This document shows positions 39,701 to 51,547 of a DNA stretch of 64,000 bases, piece after piece (the first letter of the stretch is position 1; every line of letters begins with the position of its first letter). Location: contig CATNEN010000007.1 of the NCBI GenBank assembly GCA_950097015.1, positions 4,898,001 through 4,962,000 on the forward strand, written 5' to 3'. The notes under the pieces were generated by a model, which had not been told where the DNA came from, made no database searches, and worked only from the letters and a program-made list of their open reading frames with translations. This stretch comes from Macrostomum hystrix. Its lineage: Eukaryota > Animalia > Platyhelminthes. Both the position numbers and the translations under genes were made by a program.

Positions 39701-41315
39701 GGACACCGGGCTCGTCTGTTGTGCCCGCCTCCGCACTTGGAGCATGACTCTCGATCTGGTCGCCCTTGTCCCGTGTTCTTCCTGTCTGGTTGTAGTCGGA
39801 CTCTCTTCACCTCTTCTTCCAGCTGTGCTCCGGCCGCGGCTGCGCCTTCCGTCTCTATCGCGCTGGCCTCAGCGATGCTGGTCTCCCATTGCTGGCTCAG
39901 CGTCACTGCCTTCTGCAGCGTCAGGCCGTCCTCGATCAGCAAGCGCTCTCGAATTCGCCTGTCGCTGACCTTCTCCACGATCTGGTCGCGGATCATTTCT
40001 TCCATCATGTCGCGGAACTCACATGAGCCAGCCAGAGCATACAGAGCCGCCACGAAGTCCGCAATCTTTTCACCCGGACGCTGACTGCGCTGCCGAAACT
40101 TGTGGCGCTCCGCCACCACGTTGACTTTGGCTCCGAACTGCTCGTCCAGAATCGCGACTGTCGCCGCGAGTTCTGTCGGACTCGGCCTCTTCGTTGCTGC
40201 CACAGCCGCAAAGACTCGCTGCCCTTCCGCGCCAAGGCAGTGCAGCAACAGCGCGCGCCTCCTCGCTTCCGGCAAAGTGTCGTAGCCGGCCGCAAGTAAG
40301 TAGTTCTCAAAGAGGGCCTTCCACTCTTTCCACGGCCTCGCCGGTCGGCCCGGCTGCGGCAGGAATTGATCCGGCGGCGATACGCTGATCCGCGGCGCTT
40401 CTGCTGAGTTGCTGTCACTCGTCATGTTTCAGTTTGCACTTTTGCAGTTTGGCGCTGTTGTTTACGCTTGGCTTGGCAGGCTTGCAGTCACTTCACTTCA
40501 GTCTACTCCGACCCCGGCTTATTGGGGTGGGTGTTCGCTTGAGCTTGCGATGCCAATGTTGTAAATGAATAGTAGCGAGTCAGCCAAGTTAGTATCCGAA
40601 ACTTTCACGCCAAGTTGGCTCTCAGTATTTGGAATATATATATTCTGCGCCAATCGATATCAGAGGTGTACATGTACGAACTATGTACGTGCATTAATCA
40701 ACTGCACAACAGGTGCACTCTCTGATCCCTCCCATCCTCATCCTCTGGATTCTCTGGAACTGCCTCTCTGGTTGACAGCGCCGCATCTAACGCAGCCGCC
40801 GCTTCCTGGGAGGTCGATGAGCAGCGCAGGAAATTGCAGGCAGCCGGAAGCCCAGTCAGCTCGCCTCGTGCGTAGCCAATGAGCTCGCGAAAGCTGGAGC
40901 TGCTGAAGACAATGGGCCGATCGGGAAGACGGGCGTTGGCCACGCAAAAGGCCTGACCTGACAGAAGTGCAAGATGGTGAATCGAATTTGGAACACGCGC
41001 TTTCACCAAGATTCATCTGCGATTATAAGTTCCCATTCCTACATTCTTACAGGACGCTGGCTCATGATCCCATTCCTACAGGACACAAGCTCAAGATCCC
41101 ATTCTTACAGGACACAAGCTCAAGATCCCATTCTTACAGGACACAAGCTCAAGATCCCATTCCTTCAGGACTCTGCTCATGATCCCATTCCTTCAGCACA
41201 CTGACTCATGATCCCATTCCTACAGGAAGCTCAACTCACTCTGTGCCTCCAGCCTCCTGATCAGATTTTCGATGAAGACATTCTGCGGTGCCACGTGACC
41301 CCTGCGCACCGGCAT
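30757..41315 (-). CDS. erg (KCNH2-like): ERG/KCNH2-type voltage-gated K+ channel, 10 exons, exon 2 interrupted by Gypsy
   Basis: Exons: 41315-41240 ([21 protein letters not shown]); 40957-40712 + 36083-36063 (PAS); 35771-35625; 34414-34256; ~33900-33561 ([13 protein letters not shown], acceptor unresolved); 33434-33201; 33071-32850 (S4 [22 protein letters not shown]); 32424-32023 ([11 protein letters not shown] pore); 31643-31468; 31222-30757 (CNBHD, coiled coil). Splice phases are consistent wherever boundaries were resolved. Confidence 0.95.
31682..31965 (-). mobile_element. SINE copy (same body as 51548-51916) in erg intron 8
   Basis: ~250 bp alignable by eye with the 51.6-51.9 kb element (GGGGCGCAGCCGCGGAGAGAAGGCTTGGGGGCTTGTCGTGCAATTTACGCCCTTGAGGGCCAACC...). 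Tail missing. Confidence 0.8.
35120..35597. repeat. 33-bp minisatellite (CCCAGTGCACGCATCATCCCTAGACCCCTACAT) in erg intron 3
   Basis: 33-bp periodicity, ~14 copies. Confidence 0.94.
36089..40711 (-). mobile_element. Full-length Gypsy/Ty3 (Mag-like) LTR retrotransposon
   Basis: 155-bp LTRs (36089-36243, 40557-40711), TG...CA, identical by eye. 5-bp TSD GGTGC (36084-36088, 40712-40716). TGG-starting PBS after the 5' LTR; PPT GAAAGGGAAGGTGAA before the 3' LTR. Confidence 0.97.
36430..40425 (-). CDS. Gypsy Gag-Pol polyprotein, 1331 aa, uninterrupted
   Basis: Gag with CCHC ([14 protein letters not shown]), protease LVDSGA, RT (LDLNSSY, YIDD), RNase H ([18 protein letters not shown]), integrase H2C2 and DDE, in Gypsy order. 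Confidence 0.96.
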   Translation of the reverse strand: MTSDSNSAEAPRISVSPPDQFLPQPGRPARPWKEWKALFENYLLAAGYDTLPEARRRALLLHCLGAEGQRVFAAVAATKRPSPTELAATVAILDEQFGAKVNVVAERHKFRQRSQRPGEKIADFVAALYALAGSCEFRDMMEEMIRDQIVEKVSDRRIRERLLIEDGLTLQKAVTLSQQWETSIAEASAIETEGAAAAGAQLEEEVKRVRLQPDRKNTGQGRPDRESCSKCGGGHNRRARCPAEGKSCHVCGKANHFGRMCRSQGDKVAEVMDESGQAVYMVRGAASPDIRCRLKVHGIWLNLLVDSGAKVSILSERTFRKLGNRSPLQPSTKKLIAYNGKAIDVVGEAVLSVSYRGQLVPFFCFTVVRQGSDIMGTDLMQHLSFQVVDKDGDLVRTVEKTAELPVWLAERFKPLTQGLGRIRGFEHRPRLNPAVPPVAQSLRRIPLSIKDKVQAEIDQLLEDDIIEEIQASEWISNLVIVPKPDGKIRVCNDLRCPNKAIVPDKQPLPTFEELTTEFKGSTVFTKLDLNSSYLQLELAEDRRDLTAFITEKGLYRYKRVCYGLNSAPAAFQKVLSKILHGCSGTLHYIDDIVVHAANEAEHLRRLTTVLDKLLAHGVTLNASKCQWAAETVQFLGYIVSARGLQPMQSNVEDIEAVPEPQNAEAVASFLGMVKFYSNFLHNLSDIAEPLLLLLRKEQPWNWTTDCQKAFWRLKKMVVSPTCLRFFSPDDKIIVACDSSAHALGAVLMQDDSAGVRRPVAFASRTLSATERKYSASEREALACIFACERWHYFLFGRRFELHTDHQALTTLLTAQGSGHRPLRLHRWADRLLAYDFQVCHVPGKKNIVPDFLSRHGTHGAKCPRQSEEDSTELQVNAVLLSGALEIVSPSELAEASLQDPVINDAVTMTLQGWPNSIKQLKPELQPFWRMRTQLALWNDGKCLANGTRAVIPASLREKTLQLAHFGHLGVSKMKQHCRDAVWWPQIDQHIEEFVRHCEACLLSEKNFKPPKTVLTPTKWPTRPWEELQLDIFGKLHSAPNSCRFILVLYDLHSKWPEAACMSTVTSADVIDALTTWFSRWGLPKSIKTDGGPQFVSGDFEDFLQRCGIRHRQSPHYHPQGNAAVERFNRFLKDGLKTHLEEGYDFKDAVKTLLWSYRATPHALTGVSPAELMTGRKISTPLTALQPRTTARHRLAASIKRRQQRVFDQLNTTRRPPPTFIVGDWVRVKRPFARGKLSSRLSEPRQISRIASATTVILSDGSRWHVDNCVRVPRPAGALPHWPAPAPSAAGTAAEAATAADPARQQQPAQTAIRVSSRPRAPPQWYGEIVTH
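41030..41227. repeat. ~29-bp degenerate tandem repeat (CCCATTCCTACAGGACACAAGCTCAAGAT) in erg intron 1
   Basis: Recurrent GATCCCATTC(C/T)T core. Confidence 0.85.
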
Positions 41316-44300
41316 GGGCTGACTTTGTGAAGGAGAGAAGGGATTACTGAACCGGTCCGGGCAGGATTCTGGAGAGCTGCATGCGCTCCGCTGCTGAAGC
41401 CAGATCGCCTTGGGAATTTATAGGCTATCGCGCTTCAGTCCCAGGCGATTTTGAGTTTGGGATTTTTGTTTGAAGCGTTTTAGTTGTGGCGTTGGTGGGT
41501 TAGAATAAGGTTGCACATTTATTTCAGCTCGACTGTCGATTTAGAGACCAGAGGCTCGTCCTGACAAAGGCCTCCCCCTCCTGGGATTGGTCACAGAGAC
41601 CCTAGCAGTGTATACAGCCAATAGTTTTGCACTGCTATCAGCTAGCTATAGATGCTGATTCAAGTCGGACGGGTATCAGAGGCATAGATTATCGTGAAAT
41701 GCAGTTTCCAGTGCAAATTCACGGAATCAATACAATTGACTACTATATAATCAATTTTGTGCAGCAGACAGTTTCCAGTCTGCATTTTCCAGTACTCAAT
41801 ATTCTAGCGTACTTATCAACTAAAGGTTTTTATTTATAGCAAGTTGGTATATAGAGCGCTGCTAGGGGACTGCGAGGGATCGCTGGTTTTGTCAAGGGAT
41901 ATCAGGTCAACTGTATGATTTCCTCAACTTATTCGTATAAACTTATTTTGCTCATCTATCCCATCTAAAATTTCTCTAACTGCTTAAAATTAAATTGTCA
42001 ATACGATATTATCTTTATACCTCGCACATTAGAGTCATAGTTTAAGTTTTTGAATCTCTGTGTGTCTTTTAGAGTGTATCGCTCTACTTTCCTAATTTGC
42101 AGCTTTTCCGTTATTCCTCCAGTCCTCCAGATTTTGCACACTCCATTTTCTCACTTCTCAATAAAGTGCAACTGTTTGCGCCCAAACTGCTAAATTTGAA
42201 GTGCCCGGAGTAAGTAAGTACAGTACGGAGTAAGTACGGAGTAAGTAAGTACGGAGTAAGTACAAACTTGTTTACGCGGAAGATTCTTGAAGCTGTGCGA
42301 AGGGTGCCACAGAACACTAAAAGCTGTTTACCGACTAGAACTTCAACGGAAAAATTAAAGATTTTTTTCGCTTTCCACATCTATCTATGGAATATATGAA
42401 ACACATCAGCTTCGTTGAAGACTTGCGTCTGACACAAAAGTTAATTTGTCTTTCAAATTTATTCCAAAGCATCGCTGGTTGCGAGTACAAGCCAATACTG
42501 GGTCAGAGGGTGTGCCTCCAGGCTGCTAGGGTAGAAGTGCGAGGGCATTTCACATTTTAAAATTTTGTAGTCTTATGTGCGTCACTGGCATTCTGAGGAA
42601 AAGGTCAACAGCAGCAGGTACGCCACTACTGGTAAAAAACTGGAAAAATATATCGCGGCAATAATTTAGTACACACGATCCAGTTTCACATAGCAGTTCA
42701 TGCCTGACTTAAGAGCGCTACGAGTAAGCGCTAAGAGCGCTCGTAATGGACTAAATCATTTAAAAAGCGAATATGTAGTACTCAATATATTATGTTTGAT
42801 GACGGAAAAGTCAGGTTTACAACTTTGAAATGATTTTTCAAGTTTATTACTTACTGTAGCGAATGCTTCTGTACAAAACTGATTACGAACTAATCGTATT
42901 GCTTCTGTTGCAGGCCTTTCCTCTTATTCAATATTAATCCCACCGCTGTTACCAAAGTTGTTGCAGGCCTTATTTAATAAGTTTAACTTTTATTCTATCG
43001 CTGACGCTGACACCGAAGTTGTTACAGGTGGAAATTAACTATCCCACCGCTGTTACCAAAGTTGTCGCAGGGCTTTACTTCTTTTTACTTAATTCTACTG
43101 AATGCCACCAAAGTTGTTCTTGGGCTATTTGATAATTCCACTGCTGTTTGACTCAACTAATAGATAATTTTAAATGGCGGTCCTTAAATGGGCCGTTTTA
43201 ACTTCTCAAATGGTAGCGTTTATATATGCACGAGCGGTAACTAGGCAACTGTACACGTTTCCAGTCAATTAGGCGTCCCCGAGATTAGAGTTTAGCAGTT
43301 TCTCTTCTGTAATATTCTTAGTATAATTCCTGAGTATAATTCTGATTTTATCTCTCACTGCTATTTCTTCTTAAAATGAATAACACAATGCAATACCTTC
43401 GGAAATTTGCTTTTTAACACACTTAAAAACTCTTTTTAAAAACACACGAAAACTCCTTCAATTTCAACTCTTTACACACTTCAAATTATCTCACTTTAAA
43501 CTCACTCTTTAAACTCTTGAAAACACCTTAGAACACTTGTCTTTAACTTCAACTTCTTACAAGAAAACTTCAGAGACACTTTAGACTCTTTAACACTCTG
43601 GTTTGTTTGTCCCAACCCTTTATTTTTCCTGGTCAAAACTCGCGGCTATTTATACAGAGCAAATTGACATTTTGTTAAAACGATAATATTTTACAAAGTA
43701 TTATTTACAGGATACAGTATTAAAACAAAATTATTTACATAAGCATTACTTTCAATACGGTACAAAGATAAACAAAAATTATTTTTTTTTGGCGCATTTT
43801 TGATTTTATTTATTTTTACAATTTTTATAATAGAAAGAACGTATTTATAAAGTGGCTAACTGTTACACTTCTAAGAACGTACAAAACATGTTTTAAATCG
43901 CATGCTCATGAATCTCATAAAATTTAGTCTTTGTCTTCTCGATGGCTTGGAAAAAACTGCGCTTTTAAGCTGATTCGTCTTCTACACGATTTCTGAACTC
44001 CGATCTATGCTGGGCTCAATGTGTTTAGAGTAAATCAAGGACTTCTATCAATAGCATATTAAATTCAAATGCTTATGTTCAGAGATCCTTGAGTGTAAAT
44101 CTCCAAACCCAAGACTTTAATAACCCTCCAAACTTGTTGACACCTCGCTTTCAAATTCCAACTCCACAGGCGCGATGCTGTAAACCGATCAATAAAATAT
44201 TCTGGGTTATGCGCATAGAAGGAGCGAAGGCGCGTCGTGCAGTGGTGACGTTCCTTAATGCTTAAGTAGAGAATAAAGCAGGTCCTTAATTCCCTCGCAC

Positions 44301-45569
44301 CCCAAGCCTCAAGCCCTGGGAAGCTGTGCGCATGTGAAAGATCGGTTGAAATAGTTTTGGGGCGGGGCAGAAAGGAAAGCAGACATAAAAAGCGTATTTT
44401 AAGTGATTTTAACATAGACAGAAATTTTTCCTACCCCGTTCTTTTTCTAGCCAATCAGAATCTGACACAAAAATCTGCGATTTCAGGGAGGGGTCTATGA
44501 CTCTACGAGTAGAGTTGGATTAGGCGTCAGGAAAAAAGATCCTGTGCTTTTAGACTTCAGAAGAAGTAACAGACGTAGCAATTTATTATACTCTCGGGCA
44601 TCAGCTGCATGGCGGTCCGACTATCTTTGTTGTTTTTTTCGTTTTTTTATATTTTTTTCATCTTTTTTATACGAGTCTTTTTGTTTTCGAAACGCGAGGT
44701 AATTTGGTAAGTAAAATTTTATACTACTTAATTGTCTTCCAGGAATGGGTACAATAAATGAGTAATTATGAGTTATATTATGAGAAGAAATAAGTTAGAA
44801 ATTCGTAAGTTATTATGACATTAAAATAGTTTTTGTCCTTTTATACTTTGTCATGTTGTTTAAATTACGTTTCCTATTGAACGCATTTTTGAAGACAACA
44901 CATGTACGCCTGCCTACATGTACCATTTTAATAGCTAGTCAGTCGCCCCAGGTTGCAGGTATTTGAATAAAACTAATAATTTTATGGTAGTTCACTTATG
45001 AAATCATTTATTTTTTATCTGGCTATTTGTTTTCACTGTAGCGTCATTCGAAGACATGAAGCAAGGGCAGCTACTCGTATTCACAATATACGAGCTATCT
45101 TCCCGAATGCTGTCTAATAACTGAAATCTAATAATGTAAAATCTAAAAACTGACACCATACCCTACTCCACTCTATAAGATTATGCACTGTCAGGCTTGT
45201 CTCGTCGAAATTAATACAAAAATTATGCAAAAATTATGAATGAAACAACAATTATGTAACGACGTAATAGTACATGCAAGAGTACAAGTGCGAGTACATT
45301 GACATATAACCAAGTGTGCGTAAACGTCTCAAGCTCGTGTATAGTTTATGGCCCAAAGGCCATCAAAGAAATAGATTGAAGTGTGCAGTAAATTCCGCAA
45401 CTGTGCGGTAAATGACATGACTATGCGGTAAATACCGCATGAACTGTAGGAATTTATTAAACAAGGTTAATTCCAAAGCACAATAAACAAACAAACAAAG
45501 TTGAACTCACAAAAATGTAACACATTAAGATGGAGACGAAGTCTAGAATGTTAATCGGCAATAGTCAGT

Positions 45570-46470
45570 TCAAAGGTCACATCTTACCAAATGTGCAGTT
45601 GGAAACCTGGCCATGAAAATTGAAAACCACCTGTATCTTCTCATTGCTTGATGATCCTTCCTGCGTCTTCTCCGCGTGGAACAAGACTTCTTAGGTGCTG
45701 GCTCCCCTGCATTCAGTGAGACGTGCAGAGACTCGCTCATGGCTTGCATTTCCCCAACGTAGCGAGACCCAAAGCGCAGGTATCGCTCGACTGTCTTGGT
45801 CGCTTTGTGGCCTGTTACTTTACAAATGTCAGCGACGTTGTATCCAGCGGTGGAAAGCTGCTTGATGACCGTTGGTCTGATGCAGTGACCAGTGTAGCGC
45901 TTGCTCAATTTGGCGTCCTCACTGATGCGAGCCATCATGCCCGTCAAGGCATTGGCGCCGAGAGGCTGCTTTCCAAAAAACCAGCCGGTGTTCTGGAAAC
46001 CGGTCAACCGGGGCTTCAGGAAAAATGCAGTCTCATTCGCACTGGAAGTGCTGGAAGTGCTGGGAATGCACTCTTCCCTCTTCTGGAGGTACATCCGCAG
46101 ACATTGCACTGGACACTGGCTGTCTGCACTCGTCATTACGGCTTCCTTCACATTGCACGCCGATTGCTTGTCTAGGTCTTTCCCCACATTCTTTACTTTC
46201 TTCTCCCGAAAGCGTACCACGTCTCTACCTGTGAATAAATCGTAAATCTGTGACTCTACCTGTGCGTAAATCTGTGAATGCTTGCCCGAAAGCCCCGAAT
46301 CGTATCCGGTGCATAGGTCTTCGTGCCGAGCTCGGGGTTCGCTCGCAGACTTACGTACTAGAGGCGCAGATAGCCGTCTAAGTAGCGCAATGGCATGCTT
46401 TCAATGTCATCAGGAATGTTTTTTTCTCGAAGAAATCTTTTGAGCTGCTCCACGTAACTCTTAGTCATTG
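45570..46470 (-). pseudogene. Crypton-like tyrosine recombinase (DUF3504-type), internally deleted, HxxR subfamily
   Basis: N-terminal part ...EQLKRFLREKNIPDDIESMPLRYLDGYLRL*YVSLR...YAPDTIRGFRASIHR. C-terminal part CPVQCLRMYL...KQPLGAN...RYTGHCIR...VTGHK...VERY. Duplicated TCTACCTGTG motif at the junction near 46225-46270. Confidence 0.8.
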
Positions 46471-46479
46471 CAACGGTGG

Positions 46480-47620
46480 ATGGTGACTTGGACATCGGAG
46501 CCATTCGCAAGATGGGATTGCGTGTGTGCAGTGTGCATTTTAGTGACAATTATTATAGCTGTCCCTCTTTGTGGCATGAATATACGTACGACACGTTTAC
46601 ACTGGAATGCCGTTCCAGAAAGGGAGCTGACTCTACCCCGTCTAATCGCGCTTGACCTGACACATTTGGTTGTTCGCAGTGACGAAGAGACTGACAACAT
46701 CTATCCACCTGAACTGCAGCCATTCAATAGCACTGATGGTGACAACTTGGAGCCGCCACAGGCCGGGCAATGCCAACAGCCCACAGCTCAGCCAATCAAG
46801 CATATAATGAGCAGCGAAGCAATAACATCATCGCCCAGCTGCGCTGCAAAGCCCGCCACGAAAAAGCCGCCATTCGACAGATGCAAGCTCGACAGATACA
46901 AAAAGCAAGGGCAATCCAGACAGGTGGCAGTTCAATAGCAGGTCGTCTGATGCAGAAGGTCAGGCGTGATGCTTGCAGCCGCGGTATGCGCTGGACTAAG
47001 GAGGACGTTGCGTGCTCAATTCAGCTGCATCACAAAAGCTCGTCCGCAATGAGTGGAAGATGCCGATACCATTGGAGTCGATGATTAGACGGTGAATCGA
47101 CAGTATTTCGTATTGCCAGGAATATGTAAATTGACAATGCTATCCTTGCAGACCAAGTAGTATGGATTATCGACCAATCAGCTCTGGATCGCTATACCCT
47201 TTGTTTCGATGGAATGAGCCTTAAACCCAGCCTGCGCTACCAGCAGCATCGTGACATGGTGGTCGGCTTCGATCCACGGACCGCTAGTGAAAGCCAGGAG
47301 CAGTTGCCCAGGCCTATAAACGAGGCAATCGTCGCTGTGCTCCGAGGCATCTTTCAGGACTGGATTTTCCGAGTCAAATGCTTTCGGACAGCCCAGCATA
47401 TTGAGCAGCCGGTCCGCCACAAACTCTATGTAGCGCCGTTGTCAGAATGCTCTGATCGATACGCATCGCGTCGCACACGATCTCCAAGATGCGCTGCCGA
47501 CTGGGCGGCCGCTCTGTGGAAAGGCATCGGAGTATTCCCAACATATCCTTTTTTCGTAGCTGCCACACAGCCGCCGGCAAAGGAAAAGAGCCGACGGCTG
47601 TCGTGAGTCACGAGCCATAT
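46480..47620 (+). pseudogene. Degenerate P-element/THAP9-like transposase
   Basis: THAP remnants RVCSVHF and RLHWNAVP (frameshifted). LCFDGMSLKPSLRY...DMVVGFD...AIVAVLRGIFQDW resembles the P-transposase catalytic N-terminal region. Confidence 0.7.
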
Positions 47621-49999
47621 ATGCTTTTCAGGCGGACAGACTCGCCAACAGGCTGTAACAGCACGCGACTAAAATGTTAAGATGGCATTAGGCTACTTGT
47701 AGTAGCAGTTTGGTAGCAGCACGCATTTTCAAAAACTAAAATTAGCCACACTTAAATGCAGCAAAGAACATCACACCCACGCTCGAACGCCTCCCGCGAC
47801 GGTACGGTAGAAACCAATGTTCGAGGCGAAAAATGTACCAACTCGAAATTCGGCAGCCAAAGGCAGGTCCTGAGAATCGCATAGTCTCTGTCGCGGAGGA
47901 ATAAGCGGCATCTCCGTCCCTCCTCATCGGCAGGGTTTCGAAAATAAGTAACAAACCTTATTTGGATTCCTGGTCAGAGGTTAGGAGACCATTTACCGAG
48001 CATCCAGGAAGGCATCTGGATGCGTCGGACACGCAAGTAAAGTTTTGATTTCATGACGTGTACCACGAAGAAGGCCCCGTTGTCGGCACTGGTCAAGTGA
48101 CTGAGTTGCTCTGGCCGAACAACAGTGGATGGTTCAAGAACCCTATCATTAAATTCGAGGCATATCTCAAACAGCGAAATTTGGCTGAAAAGTAAATGAG
48201 TGGTTTGTGCAAAACAATTTTTTTACTTGTGGAGGCATATATTTATCTCTTAAGCCACACTGTACTCAAACGCTCATCGCTAAACCGCTAAACCGCTCAT
48301 CGCTATCACAGTGCAGCCATCTCTGCGTTACGCTTTCTGTTGCTCCGAATGTACCTTTGTGTAGCCGTGTCCGATTTGTGTCCCGTTACAGCATCGATAT
48401 CTCGCATGGACACTCCAGATGCACTCAACTCGATTGCCAGGGTGACCCTTAGATAGTGGCCAGTATATACGACTTGCTCAAATTGGCCGCTTAAGAAAGC
48501 GGCTACTACACCTTTTCACTTTCTATTTTGATCGAATTCCAGTTCTAAAAGAACTAGCGGAAATTCAATTCAGAAACTTTGAGCTATGGTCAGTGCTAAC
48601 AGAAAATCAATAAGAAACAAGCACCCTTTCAAAAGCAACAAAGCCCGTTCAATTCAAACTCGGCTTTTTGTTTCTGGCAAAATCTCTCTTACTGGAAGGC
48701 GAAAGGATGCTTTGAAGAACTTCAATAGAAACAGAGCTGTTTCAAAAGAAACTTAACCATGACATAGGCACATGTCAACGAAAAACTGTACAACAGAAAC
48801 TGAAGGAACGAGTGAGCGAATAAATTAATTAATGAATAAATGAACAACCAATAGAATGAAATAAGACATTCTGTCAGCTACATTTTGTCAAGTTGTACGC
48901 ACATAACCAGCTACCCATCAATAGGTTGTCGAGCCAGGCACCGTAGCACGTAAGTGAACACGTAGTTAAACCAAGCGGTGCACTTCTCAGCAGTAATACA
49001 ATCGGACGTTTGATTAATTTTGGTCAGTAGCATGTCTCGCCGGTGGGCAGTCAGCGTCCGACCTTGGAGCTATTCGACAGTCGACGCGATAAACAGCTGC
49101 TGCAGTTGGGCTAACTCACGCTTCAAAGCAGCCTTCCAGCATGCAATCGAGTTCTCTACAGGCGTGAGGAAGGGGCTGTATGGCGGCAGGCGTCTGATTT
49201 CGACACTGCCTGGAATCTCGTAGTCTTCGGCATCATTATGGGATGAAACATTTGGTAGCTTTTCCAGCCTTCCAGATCGCAAAATCGTGTACGCAGTTGT
49301 CCGCTTTACAAATAAGTGCCGGGCCAATTCAACAAAATCTTCTCCTCGCTCAAAAGCTCCAATAATCCTAGCTCTATCAGCATTGCTGATCCTGTCGTTC
49401 GTTCGTTGTTTTGACCGTTTGGCTCGCCATTTTAAACGTCATTCGCACCGTCTTCGCCATCCTCCTCCATTAGATCGTCTGTGTCTTCTTCGTCGATGTC
49501 AGCAAACATATTTCAGAATTTTTTTGATTCTTTAGAAAGTGAGATTTGTCTTTTTTTTATTTCTTCTAAGCCAAACCAGTCACATATGCAAGAAAGTTTT
49601 GACCATAGAGCATTGCATAAGTTTTTATTGAAACTACCGTGACTCATTTAAAGACAGTTTGTTTTTATTGATTTTCTGCCAACATTCTAGCTGGTGATAA
49701 TTTGCCAGAGACAAAAAGCAGAGTTTGAATTGAACGGGCTCTGTTGCTTTTGAAAGGGTGCTTGTTTTTAGGTATCCCCCACTTGCCCCGGGCAGTTGTC
49801 TATGTTTTTAAGCTTTTAATTTGCACTTTTAACTAGTGCAATAAGTTATTTATTTCACTTTGCATCGATGCAAATAAATTAACTATAACACAGAACTGTA
49901 ACACAATAATAGACAAACAGAATTAAACGAGCGAACGAATCAATAATCAGTAATGTAGTTATAGTAGTTAGTAGTTAATGAACTTATTAGTTCTTCTAG

Positions 50000-51262
50000 C
50001 TATTTGAACTCAATTTTCACAGTGTTGGTTTCGCCATCCGCCATGATTTATCATTCGTTTGCTAGTCGGTGGAGCCACAACAATTTCGGTATCGGTATCA
50101 GACACGGTAATCGTCCTTTGCGACACGATACTGGTAGATGCACAGACAGTAGTCGTATCTCCACTTAGTACAGCAGACTGCCGCTTCTGCCGTTCGGTTG
50201 ACGGCGAGATGTACCCCTCCAGTGCCTTGGCCGTCGAGTGCCCAGTGATTCTGGCGATGTCCCCACGTTCAACACCAGCATCGTGGATCTGGGTAGCGCA
50301 GGATTTTCTAAGGCTCTGGTTAGTAAAGTGAACGGCACTGTTCGGACGGACTTTAGCAACGGTATCCTTGACTAGCGTAGCGAGAACATTCCTACCAATG
50401 GGTTGGACGCTGTACCAGGCCTTACCATTGGAATCCGACCAGTTGTTATTGGCAGATAGAAACAGTGCGGTAGAGCAGTTCTCAGGACACAGTGAGACAT
50501 AATTTTAATAGAGGCAGACAACGCACCTCTCAGGATCTGCGGAATGGTACGCCTTGACCAGTTTGGGTTGCTTTAGATGGCCCTTCAAACCGCCCTGGTT
50601 TGCTTTGGTGCGCTTGCGCTCTTCGTAGACCAGACACTCTTCATCACCGGCAACACTGTCAAGAGTAATCTCGCGCCTGTATTCCAAGTCGCGCAACTCG
50701 GTGCCACCACGTAGTACGAAATGCTTTGCAACTAGCCAAACAAGAGTACTTACTAGCTGCCTTGGATTGGCTGATCCTAGAATGCCAGCACTCCAGAGCT
50801 CTTCTTCGATAGTTCTTGATACAGGTTCGGACTTGTTGAGGCCGACTCCCTTGCCTTCTGCTGTGGACAATTTCATCGATGCGTCTAGAGCCTTTCTACT
50901 TTCGGAAAAGGCGGGATCGGTCCACAGACACCAATCCTTAGAATAGGTGTTGCGCACTTCATACTGAAGCATTGAAAAAAAATCCTTCAGCGTTCCAGCA
51001 GAGTATCTTTCGTTAGCTCTCGTCCTAACCTCCAGAATAAATAACTTCAACAGGTAGTTCAAATCGGTCTTCTCAAACTCGTCCATTCAGCACCATTAGT
51101 GATGACCCACCGTTCCTGGCCCATTCGTTCTTTTTATGCTGGTGCCAGAGCTTGAATGTCGAAATCATCCACTATTTTTACGAGTGTTTTGTGGAGTCGT
51201 ACCATCCACGATTGCAGCGGCCTGCTCCTCAGTCAGATTAACAAACCGATTTAGAATGACAT
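50000..51262 (-). pseudogene. Crypton-like YR gene, unit A, full length but disrupted
   Basis: LKLFILEVR, LRGGTELRDL, KRTKANQGG, FTNQSLRK, ITGHSTAKALEGY. In-frame TAA near 50505 plus frameshifts at both ends. Confidence 0.85.
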
Positions 51263-51547
51263 GGCAATTCTTCGCTTAGTCTGAACTATTGACGAGTTCT
51301 CTGTGTTGCTCTCTCTTATACTTCGATTGGTACAGTCAACTCCTTCAGACTCTTTAACCATAGACTAGAAATTTTCTGACCCCGTCTGTTTGCCCGTTTC
51401 AAGTAAGGGATACATATCATATTCCCCACTCATTCCCATATTTAATATGGGAAATATTATACACTCAGCAACATTTAAAACGCAACACTCTAACTAGAAG
51501 AAAAATCAACTCACTCAGAAGAGTCAAAGCGCATAGTCTATGGTTCA

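Noticed and set aside
36446-40418. Many short or antisense ORFs inside the Gypsy
   Set aside because: Shadow ORFs of a GC-rich coding region.
43100-44500. Possible viral/Polinton remnant (ORF 44065-44415)
   Set aside because: No motif I can recognise and no defined termini.
47720-48450. Coding-like minus-strand stretch (…LVSTVPSREAFERG…)
   Set aside because: Interrupted frames; family assignment not possible by eye.
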